From contig CM039010.1 of NCBI GenBank assembly GCA_017499595.2, forward strand, positions 1,054,001 to 1,118,000: a stretch of 64,000 nt of DNA, in the 5' to 3' direction. The stretch comes from Psilocybe cubensis. Lineage: Eukaryota. The notes beneath the pieces were generated by a model. The model had not been told where the DNA came from. It ran no database searches and was given only the letters and a program-made list of their open reading frames with translations. A program made the translations under genes and the position numbers. This document shows positions 36,861 through 53,389 of this stretch, one piece after another; position 1 is the stretch's first letter; the number at the start of each line of letters is the position of its first letter.

Positions 36861-37245
36861 ACCTGCAAAGCAAATACAAGGTGATCTTAAAAATATCAGC
36901 ATCAGTATTTATTTTTAGTTCAGGTCATAAAATTAACACCCACCATGTTGTTCCAACAGGAGTACATTAGTTAGACGGAAAGTAGTAAGTCGATGTGACA
37001 GATACATAAATAAGGATAATAGACTGGTCTTGGAAAATGTAAGGATTTAATGAAGAAGTATAATACTTAGGAAGTTGAACCTGGGGATCGAAAAATGAAA
37101 ACAACCACAAGCACAAAAATAGACTGCTACCTTCCTTTTTCGGGAACAAGTAAAAAAACAAAGCTTGACATATAAAGCAGTGAGTGAGTACATTGTAGCA
37201 ACAAGATGGGGACAGAAGCCGCAAGATATATATGTATAAAAGAAA

Positions 37246-40245
37246 TCAATCGTCATCGAAATCATCGTCGTCAACCTATACAAACAAAATACATTGATAG
37301 GCTCGTCAGCGAACCCATATAAAAAAGGAGGCGCAACGGAAACAGTTGGGGCCACTTACAACCTTCTTCCCTCTCGCCTTTGTCGCAGCTGTGCGGGTGC
37401 CGGATGACCGCGCAGCGGGAGCGAACGTGAGCTGGCTCTGCTTCGGAGCGGGGGTGGCTGCCTTTTTCTTCGCAGGCGCTTTCTTCGCGGCGGGTTGGCT
37501 GAGTACAGCCAATCGGTTAGTACGTTTCACAGGCTTGGGGGCTTCTTCCTCCTCAACATCATCATCTTCCTCATCATTGTCCAAATCAATCACATCATCC
37601 GAGTCGCTCTACCAACACACATCAGCAACAGACGCGCGGAACAATGAAAAACACGAATATGCTGACGCACTTGAACTTTTTTGCCCTTCCCTTTCGCTGG
37701 TGCCCTCTTTGCTGGCGCCTTCGCGGGTGCTTTGGCAGGAGCCTTTGCCCTGGACCTAGCCGTCGTAGTAGTGGTAGCTGCTGCACCCCTTTTCTTAGGA
37801 GGAGGCCGCTCGTCCTCCGAGTCAAGCTGGTCGAACTCGGAGTCGCCCGCGTCGATATCGAGGTCCATCATCATCGAATCAACAGACTCCTTATCCGAAT
37901 CTTTTTCATTATCTTTCTTTTTCTTCTCCTAAAACATTTGAGGTATGAAAAATATCAGTCAGGCGTTTGTTTGAGCTATGGGCGACGTACAGCAGCCTTA
38001 GCTTGCGCTACACGGTATTGTTCCTGATACTCCTTTTCTTGTTGTTCCTTCGCTTTGTCTAGCTGTGAAGGGAATGATGATTAGTTTGTGGACCGAAGAA
38101 CATGATCCGGAAATGCGAACCAGATCATCGACTTCCTCCTCACCCAGCTCAACGTCCTCGGTGCCCGAACATTTACTTAATAGGTTTTTCAACGACTTGT
38201 TCACATGCCTATATCAGTGCATCAGCTTTCATCCCACTCACCATCCAAAACCCCTTAAAAAGAGGAGGACACAGAAAAACTTACATTTGAATAGCATTCG
38301 CATCATCCTTCTCCACAAACAGCTGGATCGCATCCGACATGCCGCCTTCACCCAAGCACTGCAACTCCTGCGCAACCAAATACTCCCGCACGAGCGTGCC
38401 AACGCGGATTTTGGAGAGCTTCTCCGCGTTGGTCAGGCCCGGGTCGTCGATGCTCAGCTCAGGCTCATCCGCATGCACACGATGGCCTGCCGCCCCGCGC
38501 GCTACAGGCTTCTTGCTGCGGTGGAAGACGAGCAGGTCGCGCGGGTTAGCGACGCGCCCTTGGAATTCCTGTCCGAAGCGGATCGGGTTGGAGGTTTCGG
38601 TGACACCTGTTGTATCGACCTGGTACGTGAATGTGTTATTTAATGTGGGTTAGAGGCGCATATACGAGTGCTTCGTACCTTTAGACGGACGAGAGGGAGC
38701 ATGCGTGGGACTTCCGGTTCCCCTTCTGCTAATGCTTTTGTGTTGCGTTCTTCCCATATTTGATCCGCCTGCTCGATCAAGTTGTTAACCTGTACAATTG
38801 ATTTAGCAGATGTAAGAAAACACCAAGAAAGTACAGCATACCTTTGCTTTCAAGAATTTAGTAATAGACATCTGGTCATTAAGATTAATTCCCTCGTCAT
38901 CGGCCACCTCATTCAGCACCAACTGCTCAATCACAAAAGGCCGTACTGTGCGAAGAGGAATGGGGGTCAATCCGAATTCCTTGCCCTGGATCTGCAACAG
39001 TGCTACGTGCCTACAGATCTGTAAGCTTTTTTCCCTTGGAGACATGGAATGAACTCACTTCTCAATGGCTTCTCCATCGGCAAGGGATGTGGCCACTGAT
39101 GAACCAGGTTGGGTAATGTAGTATTTCTTGCCCGCCACTGGTTCTGGGATAATTCGGCAATCATGTTCGTGTCCCCAGACGACCAAGTCAATATTCTCGT
39201 CAAACATTCCCTCCGGAACAAACTCCTGCGGTCCATGCTTGACTCTGTCCTGATAGTCAGAATAGACAATCAAACAACAATTGAGAAGGCGCGCCTGTTT
39301 TGATGCAGTAGTAACATGTTGAACCATTTGTCCTTGTCTTTGGGCATGAACATCCGCACGCGGTTACTTCTGAGCTCAAAGTGCATCCTCTGGTCCTTAA
39401 CATTTCCGATGCCGTACAGGCCCAGCCTGGTGTTACCCTTGCGAAGGAGGACAGGCTTCACTGCGATCCCTGTGGTGGGAGCTTCGGCGTCAGAGAGCGG
39501 GAGGTCGATCTTCCCCATATAATTGACAAGGCCTGACACTGACAAGATATCTAGAGCGCATAGTGCACCTTCCTACGTCGCGTGTTGAGCGTGCGGTGTG
39601 GGCTTGGGTGAGATGGACAAAGGGACGTACGGCTCCTGCCCCTTGTGGATCGTCGTGGTTTCCGTGTATTGAGAACACGGGTATGGCAACGTTGAGGTTG
39701 GGGTCTTCGTAGTTGATCGCGGGGAATCTGCAGACACTTGAGCTCTGCAGGAGAACAGAAAGGCTTGTAGGACGCACGAAAAACCATCAGCCTGTCCTTC
39801 CAGTGGATCACTTAGGAGTTCGATTTCTACTGGTTTGCTCCCTAGGGTATACTCGCGCAGCAGTGCTGATACTTTGTAAAGGCAATCTCTCGAGGGCTTG
39901 TTTTCATGGAACAGATCACCGGCAAGCAAAATGAAATCGACCTAGATTCAAGCCTCAAAGGCGACTCTTTGTGAAAGTTCAATTTGCGGAGTAGCTCACT
40001 TCGTGCTTGACGGCCAGTTCTAGAATTTCTTTGAAGGTGTTGATAGAGTCTTGCCCTCTTATTGGATCGCGCTCCATATAACCAATATGGTTGTCTGTCG
40101 CGAGCATGATTTTGATGGTGTCATCGGGGTCTTACGAAGGATTCTAGTCAGAAGAAACGTTCATGATGACTCTTGCGCGGAACTAACAAGCTGTCTGGAT
40201 GCCATTCCGCGGCGGGGGCGTGAAGCTGTCTGGGGACAGGGACAT
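37246..40245 (-). CDS. MRE11: Double-strand break repair nuclease Mre11
   Basis: [92 protein letters not shown]...ANPRD; charged C-terminal tail. Confidence 0.97.
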
Positions 40246-40465
40246 GGTGGTCGTTGCGGGTCAAGTCAGAGACGCGCCGCGGCAGTTTAGACTAAAAAGT
40301 CCGAGCTTGATTGAAATTCTCACGGGCGTCAATGGCCGTGCCTGCCTGTCTGTCTTCTTTTCTCCACCCGTCGAGCACTTCGCTGGCTGCATTTTTTTGT
40401 GTTTCTTTAGTTTTTAATACCCGTTCTCTAGATATCCAACTCTTCTCCTCCGCTCCTTTCACACC

Positions 40466-41900
40466 ATGGCTCACCAAAATGCGCCAGCGAAGCCCGCGTC
40501 CAAGTCGCTTGTCGTGCGTCCAAAATATTCATCCATCATCATCGTCGCTGTGCTGATCTGAATGACTTCCAGATGGGCGTTGTTGCCTTTTATCTCGTCG
40601 CTGCACTGGCGGTGAGTATCTACCTCGGGCTATCCATATTTATGTACTCAACACTCTTTTGTGCAGATGGTTATGGCGTATGTATCCCTGTGGATTCCCA
40701 CTGTGCGAAGTGTTGAATAATAGCGTGTTTGCAGCAACAAATGGGTCCTTAATACCACAGCGACCCCTCTTTTCTTCTTATGGGCCCAGCTTGCTATTGC
40801 AGCTGGCCTGTTCATGGTCTCCGATGCCCTGCGTTTACTGCCAGACAGACTCACCCTCGACCTTGAGACCTCTAAGGGGCTCATTCCCATGGTTGGCTTG
40901 AATGTATTTGGCCTTAGGTATGTCCATTCATGATAAAGATAACAATCGCTCGCAGCTCTGACGACCCTCCTCCAGCTTCAGCAATTATACCCTCAAATAC
41001 GTCGACGCCTCATTCTACCAGGTCGCGCGCGGCATGGTCTTGCCCTTCACCGTCCTCATGTCCTTTTTCTTCTTGCACTCCCGTCCCTCGCTCAATATCC
41101 TTCTCTGCTGCGGTGTAGTCACCCTTGGATTCTTCATTGGGGTTTTCCTCGACGGTACCCCTCTCTCCATGGTCGGCGTTAGTTTCGGTGTTGCCAGTTC
41201 CGCCATCACCGCCGTGCACTCGGTCGTTATCAAGCAGAGCCTCAACGTCGTCGGTGGCAGCGCACTCGCACTGTCATGGTACACTAACCTGCTCAGCGCC
41301 ATTGTGCTCGCACCGCTGCTCATTCTGGCTGGCGAGGGCATGGACGTTATGAAACTGCTCTTCGGTGTCAACGAGCTCGTCACTGAGCCCGGCACGATGT
41401 CCCCTCTCGCCACATTCATGTGGGGATCAGCTATCACCGTAAGCCTAACCGCTTCCTTTACGCTCCACTAATCATCTAACTAACTCATTAATCTCGCATA
41501 TAGGGCGTCCTTGGTTTCCTGATGAGCATTGCGAGCTTGATGTCGATCAAAGTGACTTCCCCGATCACCCATATGGTATCTTCTGCCGTCCGAGGCGTCG
41601 CTGCGTCCTTGTTGGGTGTGTGGCTGTTCCACGATATTATTACCACGTACGTCCGCCCGGTTTTTTCGCGATTTATATACCGTACTTATGTTTATGTGTA
41701 TCCTCTTATCGCGGTATAATTATAACAGTGGTCGCGCATCCTCGATCGCTATCATCCTCCTCGGTTCCGGGTTGTACACCTGGGTGAAGCACCAGGAATC
41801 ATCGCCTGGCTCTTCAACACCTTCCAAGCGCCCCTCGTACGAGCGTGTTAGGATGGAAGACGTCGAGGCCGGAGAGAAAGACTTCAAAACCAAGGAGTAA
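40466..41900 (+). CDS. Nucleotide-sugar transporter, GDP-fucose transporter (SLC35C1)-like, TPT/DMT superfamily
   Basis: VVAFYLVAALAMVMANKWVL, PLFFLWAQ, FSNYTLKYVDASFYQVARGMVLPFTV, SIKVTSPITHMVSSAVRG, GSGLYTWVK. Confidence 0.85.
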
Positions 41901-42407
41901 ATTAAACAGACCAACTATCTTCTTACCCACATCACAGGAACTATTAGATAACAGATCCTGCGCTGTCTGTCCTGCCCATACATATGCATATGTTGCCGCG
42001 TTCCGCATGTGCCAGATATTATTTGGATATGTACGATTACCTTGAGGATAACCCGCATGCGATTATAGAGAGTAGGTAGATAGAGCGTCGCTAGTAGAGT
42101 ATTCATATTTGTATAATTCGAGCACATCGTGAACATGGATGTTATTTAACTTACACCCACGCGACCATCAACGATAGATTGCATTAAGTATCTTCAATTG
42201 AACGAGTCTGAGCAGGCTTAAGGTGGCTGGTCGCAAGGTGATATAAAAGATTGATGACAGTTCGACAAAAAATACAGTTGTTTTTAATTTAGATCCGCTC
42301 ATTACTTTATCGTCCGGATGCCGATGTCTAAGGGAACTTGTCGTCCGTTTCGTTGCTCTCAATTCCAATGTATGCATGTATGTGTCTTATCAGTATCAGA
42401 GTTGTCA

Positions 42408-43756
42408 CTATTGCGCTTTGATCTGCGGCAGACTAGTTCCACGCCCTGATCTCTCGAGATTGCCGTCTTTTAATTCATACGCCGGACGATAGCGCGGCGG
42501 GGGTTTTGGCGTCGACTCGCCTGATAAAGACAAAAATGAGGACGATGACGATACCGGGGAAAGCGAACCGTTGGACAGAGCCGGTGTGGTTGCCGTGGGA
42601 GGGGAGAACGATGGACTGCTAGAAACAAGAGAAGACGACTGCGATTCGTCGCCATTCTGCGCAGGCGTGGGTAAGTAATCCAAGGGAGCGGATGTGGTGA
42701 CAGGTGGGGGAGGAGATGCTGGTGGTGGAGTGAGGATTGAGGAAGCTGTTAGTGGTGTATCTGTCGGTGGCGTAGGTTGGGACTGGGAGACTAAGAGTGC
42801 GGGATTCGGGAATGTGTTGAATGTAGATCCTAAGGAGGTATACCTGAATTCGACAGCTGAGATAGAGCTTTGATGTAAATGATAGGTAAAGGGAACATAC
42901 CCTTCATCGTATAAAGAGCAGTATGGCACATTGAAGTGCCGTAGGAACTCCCAGACGTTGGTGTATGACCAGTTGATGATGGGGTTTACACGTTCGAATT
43001 CGGGCCAGCCTGGGTCGGTCATGTTTCGATGCGACAATTTCGCTGGAAAAGGGCATTGTAAAGCTTAAACATTTGGAGAGGTGTAATAGATGACTCACCT
43101 CCGTGTGGATCCGTTCTCCGCGTGCCGACGAGGATTGCAGTGATGTGGGGGAACATCTCCTTGTACATCTCGAGCGCTTCGCGCATTCCTGCGCCGCCCT
43201 TTGCTTTCCCTACGGGTTTGGGTGTTTCGATGTAACCAGTGCCGTTGGGTTGTGGCGCTGGTGTGACGACACTTTCGACCTGGCCTGCGTCTGGTTTCGA
43301 GGAGAATAGGTCGAGGTTGTAGAGCTTGGCTGCCTCCTCGATGAAGTCTTCCAGTACTTGGAAAGGTGATGGCACGGGAATATATATCGAGTGTATAGGT
43401 TTCAGTGTTTCGTTGTCTTTGAGTCTGCGCGCAAGAGCGCCTGCGTACAGGTGCAGTAGAACGGTGCCTATTACGTTGATGAGGAAAAATGAGTTGGCCG
43501 TAGTTGGATGAAGCAAAACACGGTGATCGGAGCTCACAGTCCTTGCCACCATTAAAACTCAAAGAGACTTTGTCTGGCCTTCGGAGATCCTGGTTATTTT
43601 TCTGTGTGTTTGGAATGGTTGACTGAGGACCCACCCATGGGTGTCCAGGCATTGGTCGATGACCTCCAGGGCCTCCTTGACCAAAGATGGCAGCGAATCA
43701 GATCCCTCTTGCTGCGCGAAGGTGTAGACGTCATTGGCTATCTTTCTGAAGTCCAT
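42408..43756 (-). CDS. FAD1: FAD synthetase (PAPS-reductase-like FMN adenylyltransferase)
   Basis: SLSFNGGKDCTVLLHL, GTRRTDPHG, TDPGWPEFERVNPIINWSY, YCSLYDEGYTSLGS...PNPAL, YRPAYEL...ERSGR. An S/P/T-rich insert precedes the last motif. Confidence 0.95.
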
Positions 43757-44078
43757 GATGCAAGTTTGGAAGAAAGACAGTGAAAATACAGGTCCTGGTG
43801 GGAGAGTGAGTGAAAGATTGCATCTTATGCCATATCCGAGCCGCGAGACTACTCCGGGGAGGAGTAATCAGTGTCTTATCACGTGTCATTATGTAGTGTT
43901 GACGCAGAAAGATAAGATAATGAGATCTGATTAATAATCCCGAATCAGGATATAACGTAGCTGCCTTGTGGCAGGCGTCGTTTGCTCGTCGTTTGCTCTT
44001 CTTTCTCGACGGTCAACAACGCGATATGTGAGTTTTCGACTGTTATCTGGGCGCTATAAACTGAGGTTGGAGCACAGA

Positions 44079-45590
<1,512 letters not shown>

Positions 45591-45986
45591 AGCTTGAGGC
45601 TTAGCTTGATACCTGGATAGAATACCCAATGTAATTTCAATGGACTAGGGCATTTGTGACATACATGCTATTTGGGACGTTTGTACAATCTTATGGCCGA
45701 TGTCAGAGTGGTGTCCAGTGTTGCTCTATTGCCTCGGGGTCAATAGTTAGGCACCGGCTAGATAAATCACAGCTAAATGGAGATGAAGAAGATATGATGT
45801 TTAGAAGAAATCGGATATCCATCGTTGATTCAAAGAGCGAGTTGGCTACAGCACCTACATATACGCCGTCCTTGAAAGCGCTAGCATCCTGTCTCTAGAA
45901 GGCTAGGTTATCTAATCCAATTTCTGTTAGACCGCCCTATAAATTCCAATCGTCCTGCCTCCATTGCTTCTTGATCTCCAACCATC

Positions 45987-47495
<1,509 letters not shown>

Positions 47496-48205
47496 ACACG
47501 GGATTCCAATTTTTACATGCTTGGGCAGGACACTATTCAAGTGGTTTTTGTTTTCACTTCACTACAGGCCATCCACGGAAGGAATTTTAGATCCTATTAT
47601 AATTGATTATTACTGTCTGACGACAGTCGGACTCTGTAGTATGGTACACACGGAGCATTTTTTGTTGTTATTGGGAAAATTAAATTATCGTCGTTCCATA
47701 ACACAAAAGTGCCTGCACAGTATGCATTGTTAAAATTAGCATCAAGGAGGCAGAAAGGTACCAATGTGCGCTTAAACGATGACGTTCCTGGAGGTGCCTG
47801 CAGGTACTTCCTGGTATTTTCGTGCCCATGCTCCACAGTTCAGGGTTGCAATGAGATCACGGTGAATTGGTTGAGACTGGGACCGTATGTCGCCCATAAC
47901 GACAATTGCACCCAAATCTTAACTTCATGGCAGAGTCTAGCTGATTCACAAAATGCCTATTCACTACTTCACTTGAAATTTGCTTGAAGTAGAATAAAAA
48001 AAATGAGTAGCATGACGACCTTGATCCGATAAATAGCCTCCTCGGGACGCTTTTTGACTTGTATGTGCCAGCAATGTAATGTGATTTGATGTTGAGAGAG
48101 CCCTGAGAAGAAAAACCACGAGTCATGCTGATCCGGTGCGTGCACGGTCTGTAGTTGGCTAGGTAGACTCTATCTCCTGTAACTGTAAGGATTGGTAGTT
48201 AAAAT

Positions 48206-50359
48206 CTATAGCGTAATCATTGTATCGGCCTCGGGTGCTGATCCTGAGGCTCTAAAGTCGGTATCATTATAAAATACAAAGGATGAGGAAGGGGTTGGGT
48301 GTGGGTGATATAGTACGTATCCATGTGTATTGTGGGATATAATATATGGTTCAGAGTCCGGGTACAGACTCGGAGTCAGTACTTGGGTTTTGTCAGGAAT
48401 GAAATGGTCAGAAGCAAGGCGGCTGTAAGCTCGAGCACCTGTATGAGAGACAAAGAAATTTTGAACCAAGAGGGAAATGGAACCGTCGTTAATGGATCAA
48501 CAACACTTCAATTTCTCGAGAATTATGGATTAACAGTACTCACGCCTGTGAACACGGACCCTGCCCACCAACGGTCGTGGCCGACGACCGCAGCGGCGAT
48601 GGGTGTCCCAACAAGACTCGCGATCCCCACTGGGACTGAAGCAAGACCGAGGCGCAGGCCCGAACGGGTGACGTCCCGGTCGAGAGAGAGCACTGCGGGA
48701 AAATAGAGTGATACGGCTGACATAAAGATGGAAGAAACAGCGATTTTTATTGGTTTATCAGCTCGTGAAAAGAGTTGGTGATAAAGAGGAGTTATGGAAT
48801 AAAGACGTACCGGAGCCCGAAAATATCCCATATCTTGATTCCGTGGACGAGTTAGCATAAGTTCATCGAAAACATTAAGGGAGACCCAGAACATGGAGAG
48901 ACGCACAAGATACAAAATACGATAATTGACGCCACGCTGGTGCACTTCGTCATAACAGAGGCGATCACACCTGCTCACCACCACAACATCAGTACCTCCA
49001 TCATCCACGCATCATGCAAATGGAGTTGCAGCAGATAGAAGCAACGTAAAAAGCCGGACTTGCCTGTAGCAGTTATACAAGGAATGTACACCTCGAATAC
49101 TCCGTAACGGTCGGCGAGACGGTTGAAAAATAATCGCCCGAAGATGCTGCTCACGTTGAGGATGGCCAGCAGGTAACCACCCAGCGCCTGGGAAACATGT
49201 GCGTTCCGGAGTGCGAAGAGCTCCACTGAGAACATGGGATTGTACAACGAGATGGAGATAACAAACGCAAATAGGATAAAAGATATGTAGGATGTGCTCC
49301 GCACGAGTTGGGCCAATGGAATGCCGACTGGCTGCTCGTTAGTGACAACAGATGTGGGAGGCGGGTATTGAGTGCTCATCAACAGGTTTGCGAGGATCAG
49401 GCAACCAAGGCAAATAAATGCGCATATTCGGACGCCCCAGGCGAACCCAATGGAGCCGTTGAGAAAGTGACCGAGAACAATCGAAAAGAAGGCACCTCCC
49501 AACGCACCTCCGGTGGTGATTATTCCCTGTGAAGATCTTAGAACAGAATGGATCACCATGGCATCTGGCGTACCATTGCAAATCCACGCTTCTTTTTGAA
49601 GTGTTGAGACACAGCAGATGATGTCGGGGTGTAGAGCATGCCTATAGCGATTCCCGCTCCCAGCCCCTGGGAGAGGAAAATCTGGTAATATTGTTCTTGC
49701 TTTGCCAACGAGAGCATGAACATGCTATGGCAATGTTGAGGCAAGCCATTGCCTGTGTGAGAGACCAGGATAAACACTTACGAGAATACGAAGAGAACAG
49801 ATGCAGGTATTGATATCCAGCGGAAGTGGCCAGCGTCGAACCTAATCCAAAATAGCGTCAGGTAATCACATAACAGGTGCTTGGTAGGCAACATACACCC
49901 CAGCAACAACTACCCCAAGCAAAAATTCAAAACATAATTGGATCGATCCTTTGGAATAGAATTGAAACGTTTAAAGGGCGCCCTGGCCATCATCCAGCGG
50001 TATCCACTTACCAATCCAATTGATCGTCGAGGGTGTAAAGTTGGACAGATAATGTTCAGCATAGAAGCTTTCCATGACCCCAAACGAAAGAGGAAGCCCG
50101 AGGACACAGAATTGTACTAGCCAAGCTCCTAGAACTGTGGTGGTTGTAACCTTGATTAGAAGGAGGGGGAGATTTTACTTTTACAAGTAAGATACGAGCC
50201 TGTACACCACGCACGAGCACCCTCGTCGAACTTTAGGTTTGTTGGCGATGTGGCCTCGACCTCTGATGCGCTAATGGAAGGATATTCCGTTTGGACATAT
50301 TCCTTGCTCGCCATGTCATCCTGACTCGATTTGGTGGGGATATGGCTCGAGGCCGACAT
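48206..50359 (-). CDS. MFS transporter, monocarboxylate porter (MCH-like) family
   Basis: DEGARAW, FDAGHFR, YYQIFLSQGLGAGI...VSQHFKKKRGFAMGI, GFAWGVRI, LADRYG, DMGYFR. Some splice junctions are uncertain. Confidence 0.85.
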
Positions 50360-52077
50360 TGTAAGAACTAGGGTAGCCGCCCTGGATGTACTTGGAAGAA
50401 GAGAAAAGAGGAATCCTGTTCCAGGAGTAACATTTCACAAATAACAGTACCCAGAGAAGGCGACCGGACTTGGATCTAGATTGAGCGACCTTTAATTAGA
50501 GTCAAAGACTTCTTCCAGAGGGCAAAAGGAGTCAGCATAAAGAATAGCATGCTGAGAACACAGTGCGTGAGTGAAGGGATCAGTTCTGTTGGGATCAAAA
50601 TGAAAAGGTGCAAGAGTATGGAACGGCCATGGTACAAATTTAAATCCTGCTTCACATGTTCCATCGGGCAATATAGAAGAGCTTCAAGTATGCAGATCGA
50701 GACGTGCGACCCAGAAAGTCTGGATGGATGCAGACACCATGAGGACAATCTATAGGTAGATTGAGACAACAGTAGGTGCAGACAGTGGCAGAAGTCAACA
50801 GGTGTCGTGGTTCGATTTACTGTGGCGTGTGATTAAGCAGTGCAACTAGTTTTCTCACGCTTTTCCTTGGCACCGTAAAGCTAGGCCGTGTAACTTGATT
50901 TTTATCTTGCCTTCTCGCCTTTGTTTGTCTTGACTCGCAACCAACGAGGGATATTTAAGTAACTATGAATTCTTTGTAATTTCGAACAAATGCTTCTTTT
51001 TGAGGTGTAATCGACAGTAGGCCTCACTTAACCAAATTTCAACCTGCATTGTACTAATTGTAGTCAATGGTCATAAACTTGGATACTTCATGAATGCAAT
51101 TCGTTAATTTATTTCTTTACCGCTTCTTTTTCAACTGTAGCTCCTAATGAGTTTAATCATATGGTTTGTGGAGTTATACCCAGACTCGGGGGCCAGACTT
51201 GATGCATGTACCAGGACGGATACTAAATGCGGAAAACGTGTCTGACCCAGAACTCTTTGATGTTTCTATTCATCATATGCCTACCATCAGGAAAAAGCTC
51301 TGAAATAACTTACACACTTTCCCCACGTCTATGATTAGTCGGAGTAAGCTCAAGAATTCATTTGTCAATGCATCTCCAGTCTCCTAGTGGACACATGTAA
51401 TTTCAATTTTCACCTCTTCGCCCGAGTCCTCGTATCCCAATTTACAAGTCTTCCAACACATCCTTCTTACAGAAATCTGGCGCAAAATTAATCATCAGCT
51501 GCGGACCCGGGAAAAGGGTGCATCCCAACCTCAGCATCGCTTAGCTGACAAGTATTCTCCATTAATCCCCGTACAGCGCTCAGAGCAAAGCTTCGGGATA
51601 CCGTGTGCTTCTATTAATAGACAATGGTAGCAATAAAAAGTATTGATTCCTTTCGTTCTTCCACGGTTGCATCGTCGACGGAACACATCAAGAAAATATA
51701 TATCAACTTTCTATTGTCTCAATCTTGTTTAAATTTCCCAGCGTCATTTCTTAGGCTTTACGACGTCCTTCCACCTGAAGTTCTCTACCTAGAAACCCAA
51801 ATAATTCTAAACTTGCTCCAGCTCCGTAGTTCACTTCCAAAACACTCACTCCCATACCTCGGCATTAAGTCAGCCCAACTTTACTTCGGGCAACGGTTTT
51901 CATCAGCAAAATTTATAAATATACTTGCTCCAGCTGTCATTCTCGTGTTAGAGAGAGATGCATTCTAAAGGCATACCTCAAGGACAGAATCAGCATGAAG
52001 TCGAGTACGTCAGGCCTCGTTATATTAAATATCGACTTCATTTTGACATCTAACGGTTTAATAGATCGTCATTTACG

Positions 52078-53117
52078 ATGTATGTCAGCGAGCCCATACA
52101 GCATAAAACTATAGTGAAAATCCGAGAAGGCTTTGAGCCTCCATTGATCCTTTTGCATGGTATGTTTCTACAACTCTCAGATATATATATTAGCGCGATT
52201 ACAGCTGGACCTGGTGGTGATAGGTGGATATGGAACCGTGAAGGCATTTTGGCCTCTCAAACACGTTTTCTCCACTACACTATGGGCAATTCAAGTTACA
52301 CCAGACACGCCTCTTCAGTCGTTAGAGGCCCAAGTAGCGTTTTATTATAGAAGGATCAAGGTGTGTACTAACTTGCTTGCTAACTGTGTTGAACTTGATG
52401 TACAAAACATAAAATAATTTGTTAAAGGAGGAACAAGCAAATGGTCCTTATCGCATATGCTCTTTTTCCGCCAGCAGTCTAATGGCAGTGGCCATTACCA
52501 AACTTCTCGAGAAAGGCGGAGATAGGGTGGAACAACTCTCATTTATTGACCACTTCCCCACAACGTTCATTGCCTCACAACTGGGAGTAGATATTTCGCG
52601 GATCCCTTTGACAGACCCGCGAGCACGACAGGAATTCTTCAAAGCGAGCGTCAACAATCTGGTTGGTATGACCCACGGTGATAGAAGAGGACAGGACTCA
52701 AAGCGACATCAAATGGCCAACGATCTTTATGCTGCGTACAATGGACTTCCTACATCCGAGTTCATGACAAGGTCAAAAGGAATTATGGACGGCTTTTTAA
52801 ACCGCATATTTGACTTCATTTTGTCAATCCACCAAGAATCCCTTCGCAATGGGCACGGTGATCAAAACCGGATGGAGTTTATGCAAAACTGGCTGAGAGA
52901 GGTTAAAGCGCCGGTCAGCGTCTATTTGGGTACCTACGGCATGCTTAGCATGTACTCCCCGGACCAGTATCCGCCCGCTGAGTGGTATGTTTATCAGTGC
53001 TTCAAAGATGTGAAGATAACTGTGTTGGATGCCGGCCACTACGATATTTTGGAGAGCGAAGGGCTGATCAAGGGACTCCAGGAAAAATATCTCCAACCCC
53101 GTGTAGCACGACTTTAG
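52078..53117 (+). CDS. Stand-alone thioesterase-type alpha/beta hydrolase resembling NRPS-like/PKS C-terminal TE domains; ends in -ARL
   Basis: Three exons: PPLILLHGGYG...WAIQVTPDTPLQSLEAQVAFYYRRIKEEQANGPYRICSFSAS...LSFIDHFP...DAGHYDIL...PRVARL*. Confidence 0.75.
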
Positions 53118-53389
53118 ATATGTTATGACTCTAATACTAGTAATATTCATTTCGACCCATAGATTACCTTTTATGTTAGTATGTCCCTTAGTGTTCAAGA
53201 CGGCAAATCCCGAAGCTATCGCTGTGAGCGCCTGTTTAAAGAAAACTAGCGCACGGTGTAGAGGCCATGCATTGAGGTAAATTAGAAGTAACATTGTACA
53301 TATCATACAGGGGACAGGATACATTTTTCCATTAAATTTAATCCTTTTCAGTGTGTAATTACAATTTGAAAATTTTATTCGTTGAGGTA

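Noticed and set aside
37346-38653. Several plus-strand ORFs of 60-190 aa
   Set aside because: Antisense to GC-rich MRE11 exons, with no motifs of their own.
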